Below are positions 50,203 through 60,036 of a DNA stretch of 64,000 nt, piece by piece. The notes below the pieces were generated by a model. The model saw nothing but the letters and a program-made list of their open reading frames with translations, made no database searches and was not told the origin of the DNA. This DNA comes from an uncultured Rickettsiales bacterium (GTDB lineage Bacteria > Pseudomonadota > Alphaproteobacteria > Rickettsiales > CAZAGG01). The position numbers and the translations under genes are program-made. The DNA is taken from assembly GCA_964484565.1 (NCBI GenBank), contig CAZAGG010000001.1, forward strand, positions 107,548 to 171,547, written 5' to 3'. How positions within the stretch are numbered: the stretch's first letter is position 1; each line of letters starts with the position of its first letter.

Positions 50203-50634
50203 ATGTCTGTAAAAATTCGTCTTGCTCGCTCAGGCGCGAAAAAAGCTCCTTACTATCGCATTGTCGTGACAGATTCACGCAAAAAACGCGATGGCCGTTT
50301 CATTGAGAAGGTGGGAACTTACAATCCGATTATTGAAGATAAAACAAAAAGAGTTGTTTTAGATAGCGACAGAATTAAATATTGGCTCGGAGTTGGCGCA
50401 CAAACATCTGATAGAGTTCAGAAGTTTCTATTTGATGCAGGCTTAGTTAAAGAAGATGTTATCAAAAAATCTGATAATGTCGGCTTAAGCAAGAAGGCTG
50501 TTAAGAAGAAAATCGAAGAAGAAAAAGAAGAAGCAAAAAAAGCTGCTGATGAGAAAAAAGCAGCAAAAGCTGCCGCAGCCGCTGCTGCCACTGAAGCTGC
50601 AAGCTCTTCAGGTTCAGAAGAAGCCGCAGCTTAA
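50203..50634 (+). CDS. rpsP: 30S ribosomal protein S16 (with a Lys/Ala/Glu-rich C-terminal extension)
   Basis: [42 protein letters not shown]. Confidence 0.92.
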   Translation: MSVKIRLARSGAKKAPYYRIVVTDSRKKRDGRFIEKVGTYNPIIEDKTKRVVLDSDRIKYWLGVGAQTSDRVQKFLFDAGLVKEDVIKKSDNVGLSKKAVKKKIEEEKEEAKKAADEKKAAKAAAAAAATEAASSSGSEEAAA

Positions 50635-50637
50635 GAT

Positions 50638-51138
50638 ATGGATGGTTTTATACTCGCAGCCGAAATCACTTCGGCTGTGGGTCTTAAAGGCGAAGTCAGA
50701 ATTAAACTATTCATTGAAGATGACGCTCTTCTTTTAGATTGCTCCCCTTTAAAATCAGAAGATGGTAGAATTTTCGAAGTTTTATCCATACGCCCGCAAT
50801 CATCAAATATGTATGTTGCAAAGTTAAAAGGTGTTGATGATAGAAATGCTTCCGAACTTCTAAAATCTGCAAAACTATGGATTGATAAAAGTAAACTTCC
50901 CGAATTAGAGGATGAAGATGATTTTTACTTCCATCAGTTGATAGGCATAGAGTGCTTTGATTTATCAGAAAAATTTTTTGGTAAAGTCACTGGAGTTTTC
51001 AATTTCGGTGCAAGTGACATCATTGAAATTGAACGTGAAGACGGCGAAAGCGTTATGTATGCCCTAAGCGATGAAACTTTCCAGTTAATCGATGTTGAAA
51101 ACAAGCGCATCACAATCAATCCACCTATTGAGATATAA
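50638..51138 (+). CDS. rimM: Ribosome maturation factor RimM
   Basis: 166 aa. GLKGEVRIK N-domain and a PRC-barrel-like C-domain. Position after rpsP. Confidence 0.85.
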   Translation: MDGFILAAEITSAVGLKGEVRIKLFIEDDALLLDCSPLKSEDGRIFEVLSIRPQSSNMYVAKLKGVDDRNASELLKSAKLWIDKSKLPELEDEDDFYFHQLIGIECFDLSEKFFGKVTGVFNFGASDIIEIEREDGESVMYALSDETFQLIDVENKRITINPPIEI

Positions 51139-51219
51139 GTTTCAAAACGCTCCATATTGTAACAATTCGTAACAAAGTGTCATTTGCTTGCTCACATAAA
51201 ATCTCATAGTCTATACAAT

Positions 51220-52179
51220 ATGAAAGAGATATATCAACATACCATAGCAAATTCAGTTAGTTGTGCAGGCATCGGCCTTCACACAGGCGAGAATGTAAAT
51301 CTTACCATTAATCCTGCTGAGGCTGGCACTGGCATTATCTTTAAGAGAGTGGATGTTGAAGATAAAAACAACCTTGTAAAAGCACTTTACTCTAATGTTG
51401 TTGAAACAACTCTCGGCACAACGATTGCAAATTCTGACGGAGTGAAAGTTGCAACAATTGAACATCTTATGGCAGCCCTCTGGGGTGCGGGAATTGATAA
51501 TGCACTGATAGAAATCGACCAAGCTGAAGTTCCGATTATGGATGGCTCTTCAGAACCATTTACATTTCTTATTGAATGTGCGGGAGTCGTGGTTCAGGAA
51601 AAACCTAGAAAATATATCAAGATAATTAATCAGGTTAACTATCAAGATGGTGATGCTCAGTGTAGCTTATCACCTGACGCTGGCTTTATTGTAGACTTAG
51701 AAATCAATTTTGATTCGAAGGTCATTGCCCGCCAGAAAGCTAGCTATGATTTTACTGAGAGCGCATTTAAAAATGTTGTAAGCAGAGCCAGAACTTTCGG
51801 ATTTAAAAAGGAAGTTGATTACTTAAGATCGCTTGGCCTTGCACGTGGTGGATCTTTAGATAATGCGATTGTGGTTTCTGATGAAGGTGTTTTGAATCCT
51901 GAAGGTCTTCGCTATGAAGATGAATTTGTAAGACATAAAGTTCTTGATTGTGTTGGAGATTTATTCCTCTCTGGCCATCGTTTTATTGGAAGATTTTCGG
52001 GCTATAAATCTGGTCATGGCCTTAACAATAAAATTCTCCGTGAGCTTTTTTCAAATCAAAAAAATTGGAAGTTTGTGAGCTTCACAGAAGATAAGAATGC
52101 TATCGAGAGAGCTTCTACTCCTCAAAGCAGAAAAAGCCAAAAAACTGCCGTTGTTACGGAATTGACAATTGCCGTATAA
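51220..52179 (+). CDS. lpxC: UDP-3-O-acyl-N-acetylglucosamine deacetylase
   Basis: GIGLHTGENVNLTINPA, TIEHLMAALWGAGIDN, EVPIMDGSS and HKVLDCVGDLFL. I prefer the ATG at 51220 to the TTG at 51184. Confidence 0.9.
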   Translation: MKEIYQHTIANSVSCAGIGLHTGENVNLTINPAEAGTGIIFKRVDVEDKNNLVKALYSNVVETTLGTTIANSDGVKVATIEHLMAALWGAGIDNALIEIDQAEVPIMDGSSEPFTFLIECAGVVVQEKPRKYIKIINQVNYQDGDAQCSLSPDAGFIVDLEINFDSKVIARQKASYDFTESAFKNVVSRARTFGFKKEVDYLRSLGLARGGSLDNAIVVSDEGVLNPEGLRYEDEFVRHKVLDCVGDLFLSGHRFIGRFSGYKSGHGLNNKILRELFSNQKNWKFVSFTEDKNAIERASTPQSRKSQKTAVVTELTIAV

Positions 52180-52978
52180 AGATGATGCTGTGCCTTTTTT
52201 AGTTGATAGTCATTGCCACTTAAATTTTCCAGATTTTAAAGATGATTTAGAGCAAGTTGTATCCAGAGCCATTGATTCTGGCGTGAAATATATGCAAACT
52301 ATATGCACTGAAATGGCTGAGTTTGATGAAGTTTACTCAATTGCAAACAGATATGATAATATATTTTGCTCAGTTGGGGTGCATCCAAATGATAGCGGAA
52401 AGCAAGAAATAGCAGATGTTAAAGAATTGATTCAAAAGGCAAAACTTCCAAAGGTTATAGGTATCGGCGAAACAGGCCTTGATTATTATTACGAAACGTC
52501 TGACAAGAAAATTCAACAAGAGAGCTTCCTTAACCATATTGAAGCCGCGCAAGAAGCCGATCTTCCGATAATTGTACATACCAGAGATGCGGATGAAGAT
52601 ACCGCCAGAATCTTAGAAAATGCCGTTAAACGTAAGCAGCTTAGAGGCGTTCTACATTGCTTTACAAGCTCAAGAGAGCTTGCATTAAAAGCAATTGATA
52701 TTGGGTTTTATATATCTTTTTCTGGCATTCTTACATTTAAGAGTGCAAAAAATCTGCATGATTTAGCTAAAGAAATTCCACTTTCGCGAATTCTTGTTGA
52801 AACTGATGCACCATATCTTGCGCCAGTTCCAAATAGAGGTAAAAGAAACGAGCCAGCCTTTACAGCCGATACCGCCCGCTTTCTCGCAAATTTACGACAA
52901 GAAAGCTATGATAAGATATGCGAACAAACATCCAAAAACTTCTTCACATTATTTAACAAAGCAAACCAGAATAATTAA
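52169..52978 (+). CDS. tatD: TatD-family metal-dependent hydrolase
   Basis: VDSHCHLNF, GIGETGLDYYY, IVHTRDA and LVETDAPYLAP motifs. The start is ambiguous (TTG at 52169 or GTG at 52190). Confidence 0.85.
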   Translation: MPYKDDAVPFLVDSHCHLNFPDFKDDLEQVVSRAIDSGVKYMQTICTEMAEFDEVYSIANRYDNIFCSVGVHPNDSGKQEIADVKELIQKAKLPKVIGIGETGLDYYYETSDKKIQQESFLNHIEAAQEADLPIIVHTRDADEDTARILENAVKRKQLRGVLHCFTSSRELALKAIDIGFYISFSGILTFKSAKNLHDLAKEIPLSRILVETDAPYLAPVPNRGKRNEPAFTADTARFLANLRQESYDKICEQTSKNFFTLFNKANQNN

Positions 52979-53032
52979 TTTGTTAACTAAATAGTGCTAT
53001 TATGAATCTATCAATATTCAGTTGGGGGATTT

Positions 53033-53380
53033 ATGAAAAAGATTATTGCCATCAGCATATTAAGTCTTAGCCTTGCAGCATGTTCTTCTACAAGATCAGC
53101 AAAAGTTGAAGAAATCAAGCCATCCGATAAACATTTAGAATGTAGCCAAATTGCACTGGAAGTTAATGAAGCAGATTACTACGCCAAACGAGCAGAAAGA
53201 AATCGCGGATTATCTCTCAAAACGCTTTTCCACCCTGTGGGATATATCGGAACTCTCTCCAGCTCGCACGACGCAATCTCAGCATCAAATAATCGAATAG
53301 ATTATTTAAAAGAGATTTATAAAATCAAAAACTGCGACGCTGAAGAACAAAAACCAAGCCAACAACACGCACAGTTGTAA
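53033..53380 (+). CDS. Small lipoprotein, function unknown
   Basis: MKKIIAISILSLSLAACSS carries a signal peptide with a lipobox (LAAC). 115 aa. Confidence 0.6.
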   Translation: MKKIIAISILSLSLAACSSTRSAKVEEIKPSDKHLECSQIALEVNEADYYAKRAERNRGLSLKTLFHPVGYIGTLSSSHDAISASNNRIDYLKEIYKIKNCDAEEQKPSQQHAQL

Positions 53381-53415
53381 AGAAAAGTAGCGCAAGCAAA
53401 GGTGAGGATAAACAG

Positions 53416-54351
53416 CTACCCCTCCAAGCCAATTTTATCGCAAAATTCGCGCCATTCGCCTTTGCTCATGCCGCTATCTTCTTGTGAGACTTTTTCGCCT
53501 TTAATCATTCTTTGAATGACTTTGAGCCCTGCTGCTGAGATTTCTGCCGCGCCTTTTCTGTAATCAACAAAGGCATTATAAGTATTTGGAACCCATTTTT
53601 TAAGTATATCGAGCAAAATTTCCGCATATACCCTAATTTCATATTGCGCGTGAGAATCGGCGCGAAGGCTAATAAAATTCATGAAGTTATGAAGGTCTGT
53701 CTTCCAATACCACTGTGTGTAGTAATTGAGACTGAGATTCATTCTGGCAAGTTCTCTAGCTAGTCCTTGATTATTCTCGTTAAGAGTGTTGCCATTAACG
53801 TCGTGGTTTAACATCTCCTCATAATGCGAATAAAGATTAAGGGAATCATTTTTAAGAATCTCAAGAACCCTTTTAGCCTCTTCACCAGTTAGAATGTCAC
53901 CCCTGCCCTGCCTGTTATTAACCGACTGAGCCGCGAGATTTTCTGCCGCAGGAATATAAAATTCCCTATCAAGGATTGAATAACGTGCTGAATATTCGTT
54001 TACATTGGCTGTTCTATGCCTAATCCACTGTCTTGCAATAAATATAGGAAGTTTAACATGTAGCTTAATTTCGCACATTTCAAACGGAGTTGTATGACGA
54101 TGGCGCATCAGATAATTAATTAAGCCCTTATCTTCATTGATTTTCTTTGTGCCTTTACCATATGAAACTCTAGCTGCCTGAACAACCGCCGCGTCATCTC
54201 CCATATAATCAATAACCCTTATGAATCCGTGATCTAACACGGGAAATGGCTCGTATAAAACTTCTTCAAGAGAATCCACAGTTGCGCGCCTTGTTTTATA
54301 ACTTGCTGCGCGTAGCTCTTTTATTTCTTCTTTTTGTTCGTTTTCTAGCAT
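53416..54351 (-). CDS. thyX: FAD-dependent thymidylate synthase
   Basis: ThyX motif [15 protein letters not shown] (RHRxxSxxxxSxR-type). 311 aa. Confidence 0.92.
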   Translation of the reverse strand: MLENEQKEEIKELRAASYKTRRATVDSLEEVLYEPFPVLDHGFIRVIDYMGDDAAVVQAARVSYGKGTKKINEDKGLINYLMRHRHTTPFEMCEIKLHVKLPIFIARQWIRHRTANVNEYSARYSILDREFYIPAAENLAAQSVNNRQGRGDILTGEEAKRVLEILKNDSLNLYSHYEEMLNHDVNGNTLNENNQGLARELARMNLSLNYYTQWYWKTDLHNFMNFISLRADSHAQYEIRVYAEILLDILKKWVPNTYNAFVDYRKGAAEISAAGLKVIQRMIKGEKVSQEDSGMSKGEWREFCDKIGLEG

Positions 54352-54407
54352 TATTAAGGCTCCATCAACATTTTATTTATATCTTTGATGTCAATATAGA
54401 CAATTAA

Positions 54408-55340
54408 ATGATTAATGTGAAAGAGATATATGCTCATATGTGGGGATTTGTCGAAAAATGGTTAGATACCCTTGAAAAAGAGAAGAAATATTCTATCAAC
54501 ACCATAGAATCATATCGCAATGACTTGGCGGATTTTTATGATTTTATGCAGCAACATATTGGCAGTGAACTTCCAGTAAAAGATATTGAGGAGATTCAAA
54601 GTGCAGATTTCAGGTCTTGGCTTTCAAGCAGAAAGCAAAGAGGCCTGCAAAATACATCATCTGCCCGCGCACTTTCTGCGGTGAAAAGTTATTTCAAATA
54701 TCTCAGGCAACGCAACATTATCGAATCAAATGTGGCGATTGGTAATATTCGATCTCCAAAAATCAAGAAAGCATTGCCTAAGGCCTTAAATGAGATACAA
54801 ACCGAAGCATCACTTGAATATGAAGATAACAATAAACCAGAATGGGTGATATATAGAGATAAAGCGATAATGCTATTATTATATGGTGCTGGCCTGCGAA
54901 TAAGCGAGGCATTATCTTTAAAACTACAGGATGTAGAGGGCAAGTTCCTCAAAATAAAGGGTAAGGGTGGCAAAGAGAGAGAAGTTCCGCTTTTAGATAA
55001 AGTGAAGTATGAAATTGCAAGCTACATAAAATCATGCCCTTACAGAGTGGGTAAGAATGATTTAATTTTCGTTGGCGAAAAGGGAAAGCCTCTAAATCCA
55101 GCAGTTTATCAGAGATACATCAGAAACATGAGAAGAGCCTTGAACCTTCCAGAAACCACTACTCCCCATGCGCTTAGACACAGCTTTGCAACTCACTTAC
55201 TCGGAAATGGAGCAGATTTAAGGTCAATTCAAGAGTTGCTCGGCCACGAGAGCCTTTCCACAACTCAGGTTTACACCAAAGTGGATTCTGAAAGATTAAT
55301 GCAGGCTTATTCCAAATTCCACCCTCGAAGTAGAGATTGA
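54408..55340 (+). CDS. XerC/XerD-family tyrosine site-specific recombinase
   Basis: N-terminal SAM-like domain. ARISE-type Arg box (GLRISEALSL) and HALRHSFATHLLGNGADLRSIQELLGHESLSTTQVYT with the catalytic Tyr. I cannot distinguish XerC from XerD by eye. Confidence 0.85.
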   Translation: MINVKEIYAHMWGFVEKWLDTLEKEKKYSINTIESYRNDLADFYDFMQQHIGSELPVKDIEEIQSADFRSWLSSRKQRGLQNTSSARALSAVKSYFKYLRQRNIIESNVAIGNIRSPKIKKALPKALNEIQTEASLEYEDNNKPEWVIYRDKAIMLLLYGAGLRISEALSLKLQDVEGKFLKIKGKGGKEREVPLLDKVKYEIASYIKSCPYRVGKNDLIFVGEKGKPLNPAVYQRYIRNMRRALNLPETTTPHALRHSFATHLLGNGADLRSIQELLGHESLSTTQVYTKVDSERLMQAYSKFHPRSRD

Positions 55341-55404
55341 ACTATAGAATTAGATTAGGCAGGGTTGATTAGGCGATCGTCACAAAAATAAAAAGCCTTA
55401 ATTC

Positions 55405-55495
55405 TCATTCACTTTATCATCGTTGATATATTGAAAACTTCCTGCTGCGCCATCTGCTAAATATAATTTCTGGATGTTTCTTCTAATAACGCCCG
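55405..55495. repeat. 91-bp intergenic copy (88/91 identical) of an internal segment of the ORF at 56420..57355
   Basis: A direct comparison of 55405-55495 with 56823-56913 shows three mismatches. A weaker match extends left to 55391/56808. Confidence 0.85.
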
Positions 55496-55780
55496 TCAAG
55501 TGTCAGTATAGCAAAAACGTAGGGGAGTAAGGCCTTGGATGTGCAATGCCATATTGTAAGCAAGGGAGTAACTCAGCGCGTGGAATCTGACAACTCAAGA
55601 ACAAGAGACTTTCGCAAGGTTTACTAGAAAAATAAAGGCTGTAACAAGGTCAATAACAATGCTAAACATAACACTAAAGCTATACGCTCACTACCATTTC
55701 AATGATAATATCTTCAAACTCATATCTATCTCAGAATGGCACTGCCGTCTAGGCTCGATTAAAAGGCGTGCCTTTTATTA

Positions 55781-55809
55781 TTGACTTATCTAATAAAACG
55801 AGCTACATT
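55781..55809 (+). promoter_or_regulatory. Sigma-70-like promoter candidate for brnT-brnA
   Basis: TTGACT (55781-55786), 17-nt spacer, TACATT (55804-55809). It is only about 6 nt before the brnT ATG, which would imply a leaderless or very short-leader mRNA. Confidence 0.35.
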
Positions 55810-55815
55810 TAACAA

Positions 55816-56082
55816 ATGAAAATCGTCTTTGATGCTACTAAAAATACAGCCAATATTGCCAAGCACGGTTTTTCGCTTGATGCTTTTGAGCAGATGGAGG
55901 CAGACACAGTGCATTTCAAAGTCGATGATAGGCAAGACTATGGTGAGCAACGCATCCGAGCTTATGGTATGTTGGATGGTTATTTATGTATGGCCGTATT
56001 TACGATGCGAAACGATGAATGTAGAGTTATCAGCTTTCGACGTTGTAATGCAAAAGAAAGGAAAGAGTATGACGAAAAATAA
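55816..56082 (+). CDS. brnT: BrnT-family (DUF497) toxin
   Basis: FDATKNTANIAKHGFSLDAF ... DYGEQRIRAYGMLDGYLCMAVFTMRNDECRVISFRRCNAKERKEY fits the BrnT ribonuclease toxin pattern. 88 aa. Confidence 0.8.
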   Translation: MKIVFDATKNTANIAKHGFSLDAFEQMEADTVHFKVDDRQDYGEQRIRAYGMLDGYLCMAVFTMRNDECRVISFRRCNAKERKEYDEK

Positions 56083-56338
56083 TCAAGGAATTCCTGACTC
56101 AGATAACCCTGAGTGGGTAGCGGAAGATTTCAAGAGTGCACGTCCTCTAAAAGAGGGATTTCCAGACTTACACGCTCTGTTAAAGCGGCGTGGTCGTCCC
56201 AAAGTCGAATCACCAAAACGTTCAAAGACTTTTAAACTATCTCAGGATGTGATTGATGGCATAAGAGCTTCAGGTAAAGGATACAATGCTCGAGTAGATG
56301 AGGTATTGAGAGCAGCACTATCCGAAGGAAGAATATGA
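56069..56338 (+). CDS. brnA: BrnA-family (DUF4415-like) antitoxin
   Basis: The ATG at 56069 overlaps the brnT end. RRGRPKVESPKRSKTFKLSQDVIDGIRASGKGYNARVDEVLRAAL matches the BrnA C-terminal pattern. The longer track ORF from 55829 overlaps brnT out of frame. Confidence 0.7.
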   Translation: MTKNNQGIPDSDNPEWVAEDFKSARPLKEGFPDLHALLKRRGRPKVESPKRSKTFKLSQDVIDGIRASGKGYNARVDEVLRAALSEGRI

Positions 56339-56419
56339 TATGGTGCAATAGTGCGGCGTTCCTTGGTGGCGCCAGTCGCTTTGCGTTAAAGGTGACTAAG
56401 CCTTGCCTGATAAAGTTAC

Positions 56420-57355
56420 TTACCCAGCCAAGCCTAGGTCATTCTTGTTAGAGGAGATAGATTCTAGGGTTTGCAGGATATTTTCAAAGTCGTTGCTGTT
56501 TAGTTTGCGTCCATCGCCAATAGATTTCTCAAATTCAGCGAGTAGAAGTTTTATTGCAAGTTTTGCTATCTCATCGGGCGGGAAAGAATGTCCTGCTTTG
56601 CAATCAGAAAACTTAGCGTATAATTTGGCAACAATGTTTTTGTGAGACTTCGAGCTAACCGAAGAAAAATCAACTGCTACTTTACTTCCTCCTAGATTTA
56701 CTTCATGCGAAACTGATGATGAATTGCTAGAAAATAACAGGCGGTTAATGAGCCTTAGCGATAAGAAAACATCATGTTCCAATGTTTCGCCTTTTAAAAG
56801 CCTTGATAAAAAGCCTTGCTGTTCATTCACTTTATCATCGTTGATATATTGGAAACTTCCTGCTGCGCCATCTGCCAAATATAATTTCTGGATGTTTCTT
56901 CTAACAACGCCCGCCAGCTCTGTTTGCGAGGCTTCTTCAAGGTTGTTTACTAGCTGTTCATCAGATTCAACAATGCCAACACTTTTTGCAGAACTTACAT
57001 AGGCATTTTCGATGACGCCCTTTACGGATGGTTCAATCTCGTTAGTGTCAAAACTATTTATTGATTTGCCAATTGCATTAGTAATGAAGAAGGCAACAGG
57101 CCATATTAGACTTGAATATATTCTCTGAATGGTATCTTTAAACGGAAACTTAAACTTATTCACCACGTAATCAATTGGCATTAAAGCAAGCGTATAGAGT
57201 GGAGCAAGCCAAAGCGCGCTAACAAAGCTATCTTTAAAGCCTTTGAAAAAATCACCACTTGTTAGTGATGAAAGCCTTTTTTGAAAAGAAATTCCCGATG
57301 CGTTTCTCGCATCTGAAATGTCAATTTCTTTACTGCTGACTTGTTCATTATTCAT
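56420..57355 (-). CDS. Hypothetical membrane protein (311 aa), source of the 91-bp duplicated segment
   Basis: Two hydrophobic helices (ALWLAPLYTLALMPI, LIWPVAFFITNAIG). No recognised family. Confidence 0.5.
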   Translation of the reverse strand: MNNEQVSSKEIDISDARNASGISFQKRLSSLTSGDFFKGFKDSFVSALWLAPLYTLALMPIDYVVNKFKFPFKDTIQRIYSSLIWPVAFFITNAIGKSINSFDTNEIEPSVKGVIENAYVSSAKSVGIVESDEQLVNNLEEASQTELAGVVRRNIQKLYLADGAAGSFQYINDDKVNEQQGFLSRLLKGETLEHDVFLSLRLINRLLFSSNSSSVSHEVNLGGSKVAVDFSSVSSKSHKNIVAKLYAKFSDCKAGHSFPPDEIAKLAIKLLLAEFEKSIGDGRKLNSNDFENILQTLESISSNKNDLGLAG

Positions 57356-57403
57356 GGTTACAGGTTATATGCTTTAAATGTTACAGTTTGAAGACAGGTT
57401 AAT

Positions 57404-57432
57404 AAAAAAAGCGGCAGAGATTCCCTGCCGCT
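57404..57432 (-). terminator. Rho-independent terminator of the rhodanese-domain gene
   Basis: On the minus strand: AGCGGCAG-GGAATCT-CTGCCGCT followed by TTTTTTT, 27 bp after the stop at 57459. Confidence 0.7.
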
Positions 57433-57458
57433 TTATAAAAAGTTTCTTAGCTAATTTA

Positions 57459-58061
57459 TTAAGATGCTTTTTCAAGTGGAAGGTTTTGTTTTTTCCACTC
57501 TTCTGTTCCACCAGGGAATTTCATGATATTGGTGTAACCAAGTTTTGCAGCTTTCTTTGCAGCTTTGCTGCTTGCTGGGCAATTCACACCACCGCAATAG
57601 AACACGATTTTCGCATCTTTTGCAGGAGCAACTTTTGCAAGGCTATCTGAGTTTACTTGCTTTGGAGTAAGATTTACAGCGCCTTGAATGTGGCCTTCTT
57701 TATATACTTTCTCACCATTTGCATCGATTAAAACAAAAGTTTCTTTCGCTTCAATCATTTTATTTAACTCTTCTGCTGAGATTTCTTTATATGGAGCTGC
57801 TTTTTGCTCAGTTTTAGCAGCTTCTTTGGTTGCTTCTTTTGTTTCTTTTGTAGCTTCTTTCGCTGCTTCTGTAGCTTTTGTTTCTGTTGTAGCTTCAGTT
57901 GCTTTAGTTGTAGCGGCCTCTTTTGCACCTGACTTCATTTCAGTTGCAGCAGATGTTGCCTCTGTTTTCATTTCAGTTGTTGGTTGTGCTTTATCTTCCG
58001 CATTTGCTGACTGAGCTGCTAGAAATAGAGCGAAAGCTGCTAAAAATGATAATAGTTTCAT
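57459..58061 (-). CDS. Secreted rhodanese-domain protein with an N-terminal Thr/Lys/Glu/Ala repeat region
   Basis: Signal peptide (LAAQSANA). ATEATKETKEATKEAAK-type repeats. Rhodanese core LIDANGEKVYKEGHIQGAVNL ... VFYCGGVNCPAS with the active-site Cys. Confidence 0.75.
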   Translation of the reverse strand: MKLLSFLAAFALFLAAQSANAEDKAQPTTEMKTEATSAATEMKSGAKEAATTKATEATTETKATEAAKEATKETKEATKEAAKTEQKAAPYKEISAEELNKMIEAKETFVLIDANGEKVYKEGHIQGAVNLTPKQVNSDSLAKVAPAKDAKIVFYCGGVNCPASSKAAKKAAKLGYTNIMKFPGGTEEWKKQNLPLEKAS

Positions 58062-58161
58062 AGTAATAATCTCCGTAGAGGTTGGTTATTAACGTAAGGG
58101 AATATAGCAGTTATCGAGTCTTACTTCAATCTAGCCAATGCTTTGTGAAAAATTTGTAATT

Positions 58162-58578
58162 CTATTTTGTGGATAACTTAGAAATAAAGTTCCACTCTTC
58201 TTTTGAAACGCCAGAAACTGAGAGCCTTGACTGCTTTAGAAGTTGGAGGTTTTGTAACTCAGAATAGCTTTTAAGTTGCAAAAGAGTAACTGGCTTTGCG
58301 AATCTATAGCCAAACTTCATTTTGACCATTCCGAATTTACCAGTTTCATCGGAAGGATCTGGCACATATTCGCTGCAAACTTCAACTACTCCCACTATCT
58401 CTTTACCAATATTGGAATGATAGAAAAAGCATTTATCACCAATTTTCATTGATTTGAGATTATTTCTTGCTTGATAGTTTCTTACGCCATCCCAATTTGT
58501 GATTCCAACTCTTTCCATTTCATCGAATGAAAAAACATCAGGTTCACTTTTTACAAGCCAAAAACAAGAGTCTATCAT
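58162..58578 (-). CDS. EVE (PUA-like) domain protein
   Basis: WLVKSEPDVFSFDEMERVGITNWDGVRNYQARNNLKSMKIGDKCFFYHSN is the canonical EVE-domain N-terminus. 138 aa. ATGA overlap with the upstream gene. Confidence 0.8.
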   Translation of the reverse strand: MIDSCFWLVKSEPDVFSFDEMERVGITNWDGVRNYQARNNLKSMKIGDKCFFYHSNIGKEIVGVVEVCSEYVPDPSDETGKFGMVKMKFGYRFAKPVTLLQLKSYSELQNLQLLKQSRLSVSGVSKEEWNFISKLSTK

Positions 58579-60032
58579 TGCTTTAGTAATGCCTTCACTT
58601 GTCTTGATATAGAAGCCTTGCCAGAATCTTCATATTTCTCATAGTTAGAATCTATATCTGAAAGGTGATATAAATAATTCACCATAATGCCACACGATTG
58701 TTTATAGCCCTTAGCTGAGCAATCTCCCAGCCAGTTGATTTGCTCAAGCCTTGCGCCATTACTTAGGTGAAAATGCGCCACTGGGTCGAGTGCCTTACCA
58801 TTCTTTTTCGCATTGACAAGGTAATCAGCGCACACTCTAATCATTACATTCTTGATTGCATTTCTTGATTCCGCATCTTCATTAGCAAAATTTTTAACTT
58901 TGGCAATTATGAACTCATGCATCTTTGCAACTGGAGCGAGTGCCTGAAGATCCTTAATCTCGCTTTGTGTGAGCTTATATTCGGTGTTAAAATTCTTCTC
59001 AAACCAACTCATAAATGCGGGAACAGGAGAAAGCGTACAAAACGTATTAATATTAGGAAGTTCCTTACTCAACCTTTCAACCACACGTTTTATGAGGAAG
59101 TTCCCAAAGCTGATTCCAGAAAGGCCTTTTTGTGCGTTTGATATTGAATAAAAAATTGCAGTATCAGCCGCTTCAGGATTTCCCACAGGGGTTGATTCAT
59201 CAAGCAAAGTCTGAACATTACTTGCGATTCCGTTTACCAGTGCAACCTCTACAAATATCAAAGGCTCATATTCCATTTTATTATGGAAAAATGCATAGCA
59301 CCTTCTATCAGAATCTAGCCTGTTCTTCATATCATTCCACGAGCGAATCTCATGCACAGCTTCATATGCAATAAGTTTCTCAAGCAACACCGCAGGGGAA
59401 GACCAAGTAATTCGCTCTAAATCAAGCAGGCCAATATCAAACCAATTTGCAAGCAAGGCTCTCAAATCGTTTTCCATTGCCTCAAGAGATACATCGCTTT
59501 TATATATTCTGAGAAGATCAGCTCTCAGGTCTACTAGAAATTTAAAACCATTTGGAAGAGAATTAAACTGCTTTAGAATTCTCTGACGTGGCGCAATAAG
59601 AGCATTTTGCAAAGCAAGAATTGACTTTGTTACATCTTCACGTTTTGCAGATTTATCGTCTGCCAATTGTTGATAGTTTTTGATTGAATTTTGAACCTGT
59701 TTTTTATCGAGATCGAATTTCTCTGCCAGAATTTTTAGAAAAACCTCTTTGCCTGCATCATTTAATGAAAGATATGTTTTGCCAAGCTCAACTGTTTTTA
59801 TTCTTTCTTTAACTTCTCCTCCCTTTGCATCTAGGCATTCTTGCATCTGTGAGAAGATGTATTGCTTTTCTTCTTTTCTATTTAAGTCTGGCGAAGTATG
59901 ACCTGTAATCTTGAGTTTGGCTGATGATGATATATCTCTCCACGCTCTGGAAAAGCCAACAACGGCCATTCTCTTAAAGTTTCTTAGAAACTTGTCAAAG
60001 TTTGCAGATTTTTTATCATCATCTTGTGACAT
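58575..60032 (-). CDS. Malonyl-CoA decarboxylase
   Basis: ITWSSPAVLLEKLIAYEAVHEI, RRCYAFFH, EPLIFVEVAL and FYSISNAQKGLSGISFGNFLIK match the MCD family. Confidence 0.8.
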   Translation of the reverse strand: MSQDDDKKSANFDKFLRNFKRMAVVGFSRAWRDISSSAKLKITGHTSPDLNRKEEKQYIFSQMQECLDAKGGEVKERIKTVELGKTYLSLNDAGKEVFLKILAEKFDLDKKQVQNSIKNYQQLADDKSAKREDVTKSILALQNALIAPRQRILKQFNSLPNGFKFLVDLRADLLRIYKSDVSLEAMENDLRALLANWFDIGLLDLERITWSSPAVLLEKLIAYEAVHEIRSWNDMKNRLDSDRRCYAFFHNKMEYEPLIFVEVALVNGIASNVQTLLDESTPVGNPEAADTAIFYSISNAQKGLSGISFGNFLIKRVVERLSKELPNINTFCTLSPVPAFMSWFEKNFNTEYKLTQSEIKDLQALAPVAKMHEFIIAKVKNFANEDAESRNAIKNVMIRVCADYLVNAKKNGKALDPVAHFHLSNGARLEQINWLGDCSAKGYKQSCGIMVNYLYHLSDIDSNYEKYEDSGKASISRQVKALLKQ

Positions 60033-60036
60033 AGCA

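Noticed and set aside
54408-55340. The tyrosine recombinase as the integrase of a genomic island covering the brnTA region.
   Set aside because: Its sequence looks like a standard housekeeping XerC/XerD. It lies outside the 91-bp direct repeats, and no attachment to a tRNA gene is seen. The adjacency is reported as a finding, but I do not call an integrative element.
55829-56068. The N-terminal 80 codons of the 169-aa track ORF 55829..56338.
   Set aside because: This part overlaps brnT out of frame and has no similarity to antitoxins. The BrnA-like sequence begins at the internal ATG at 56069, so only 56069..56338 is called.
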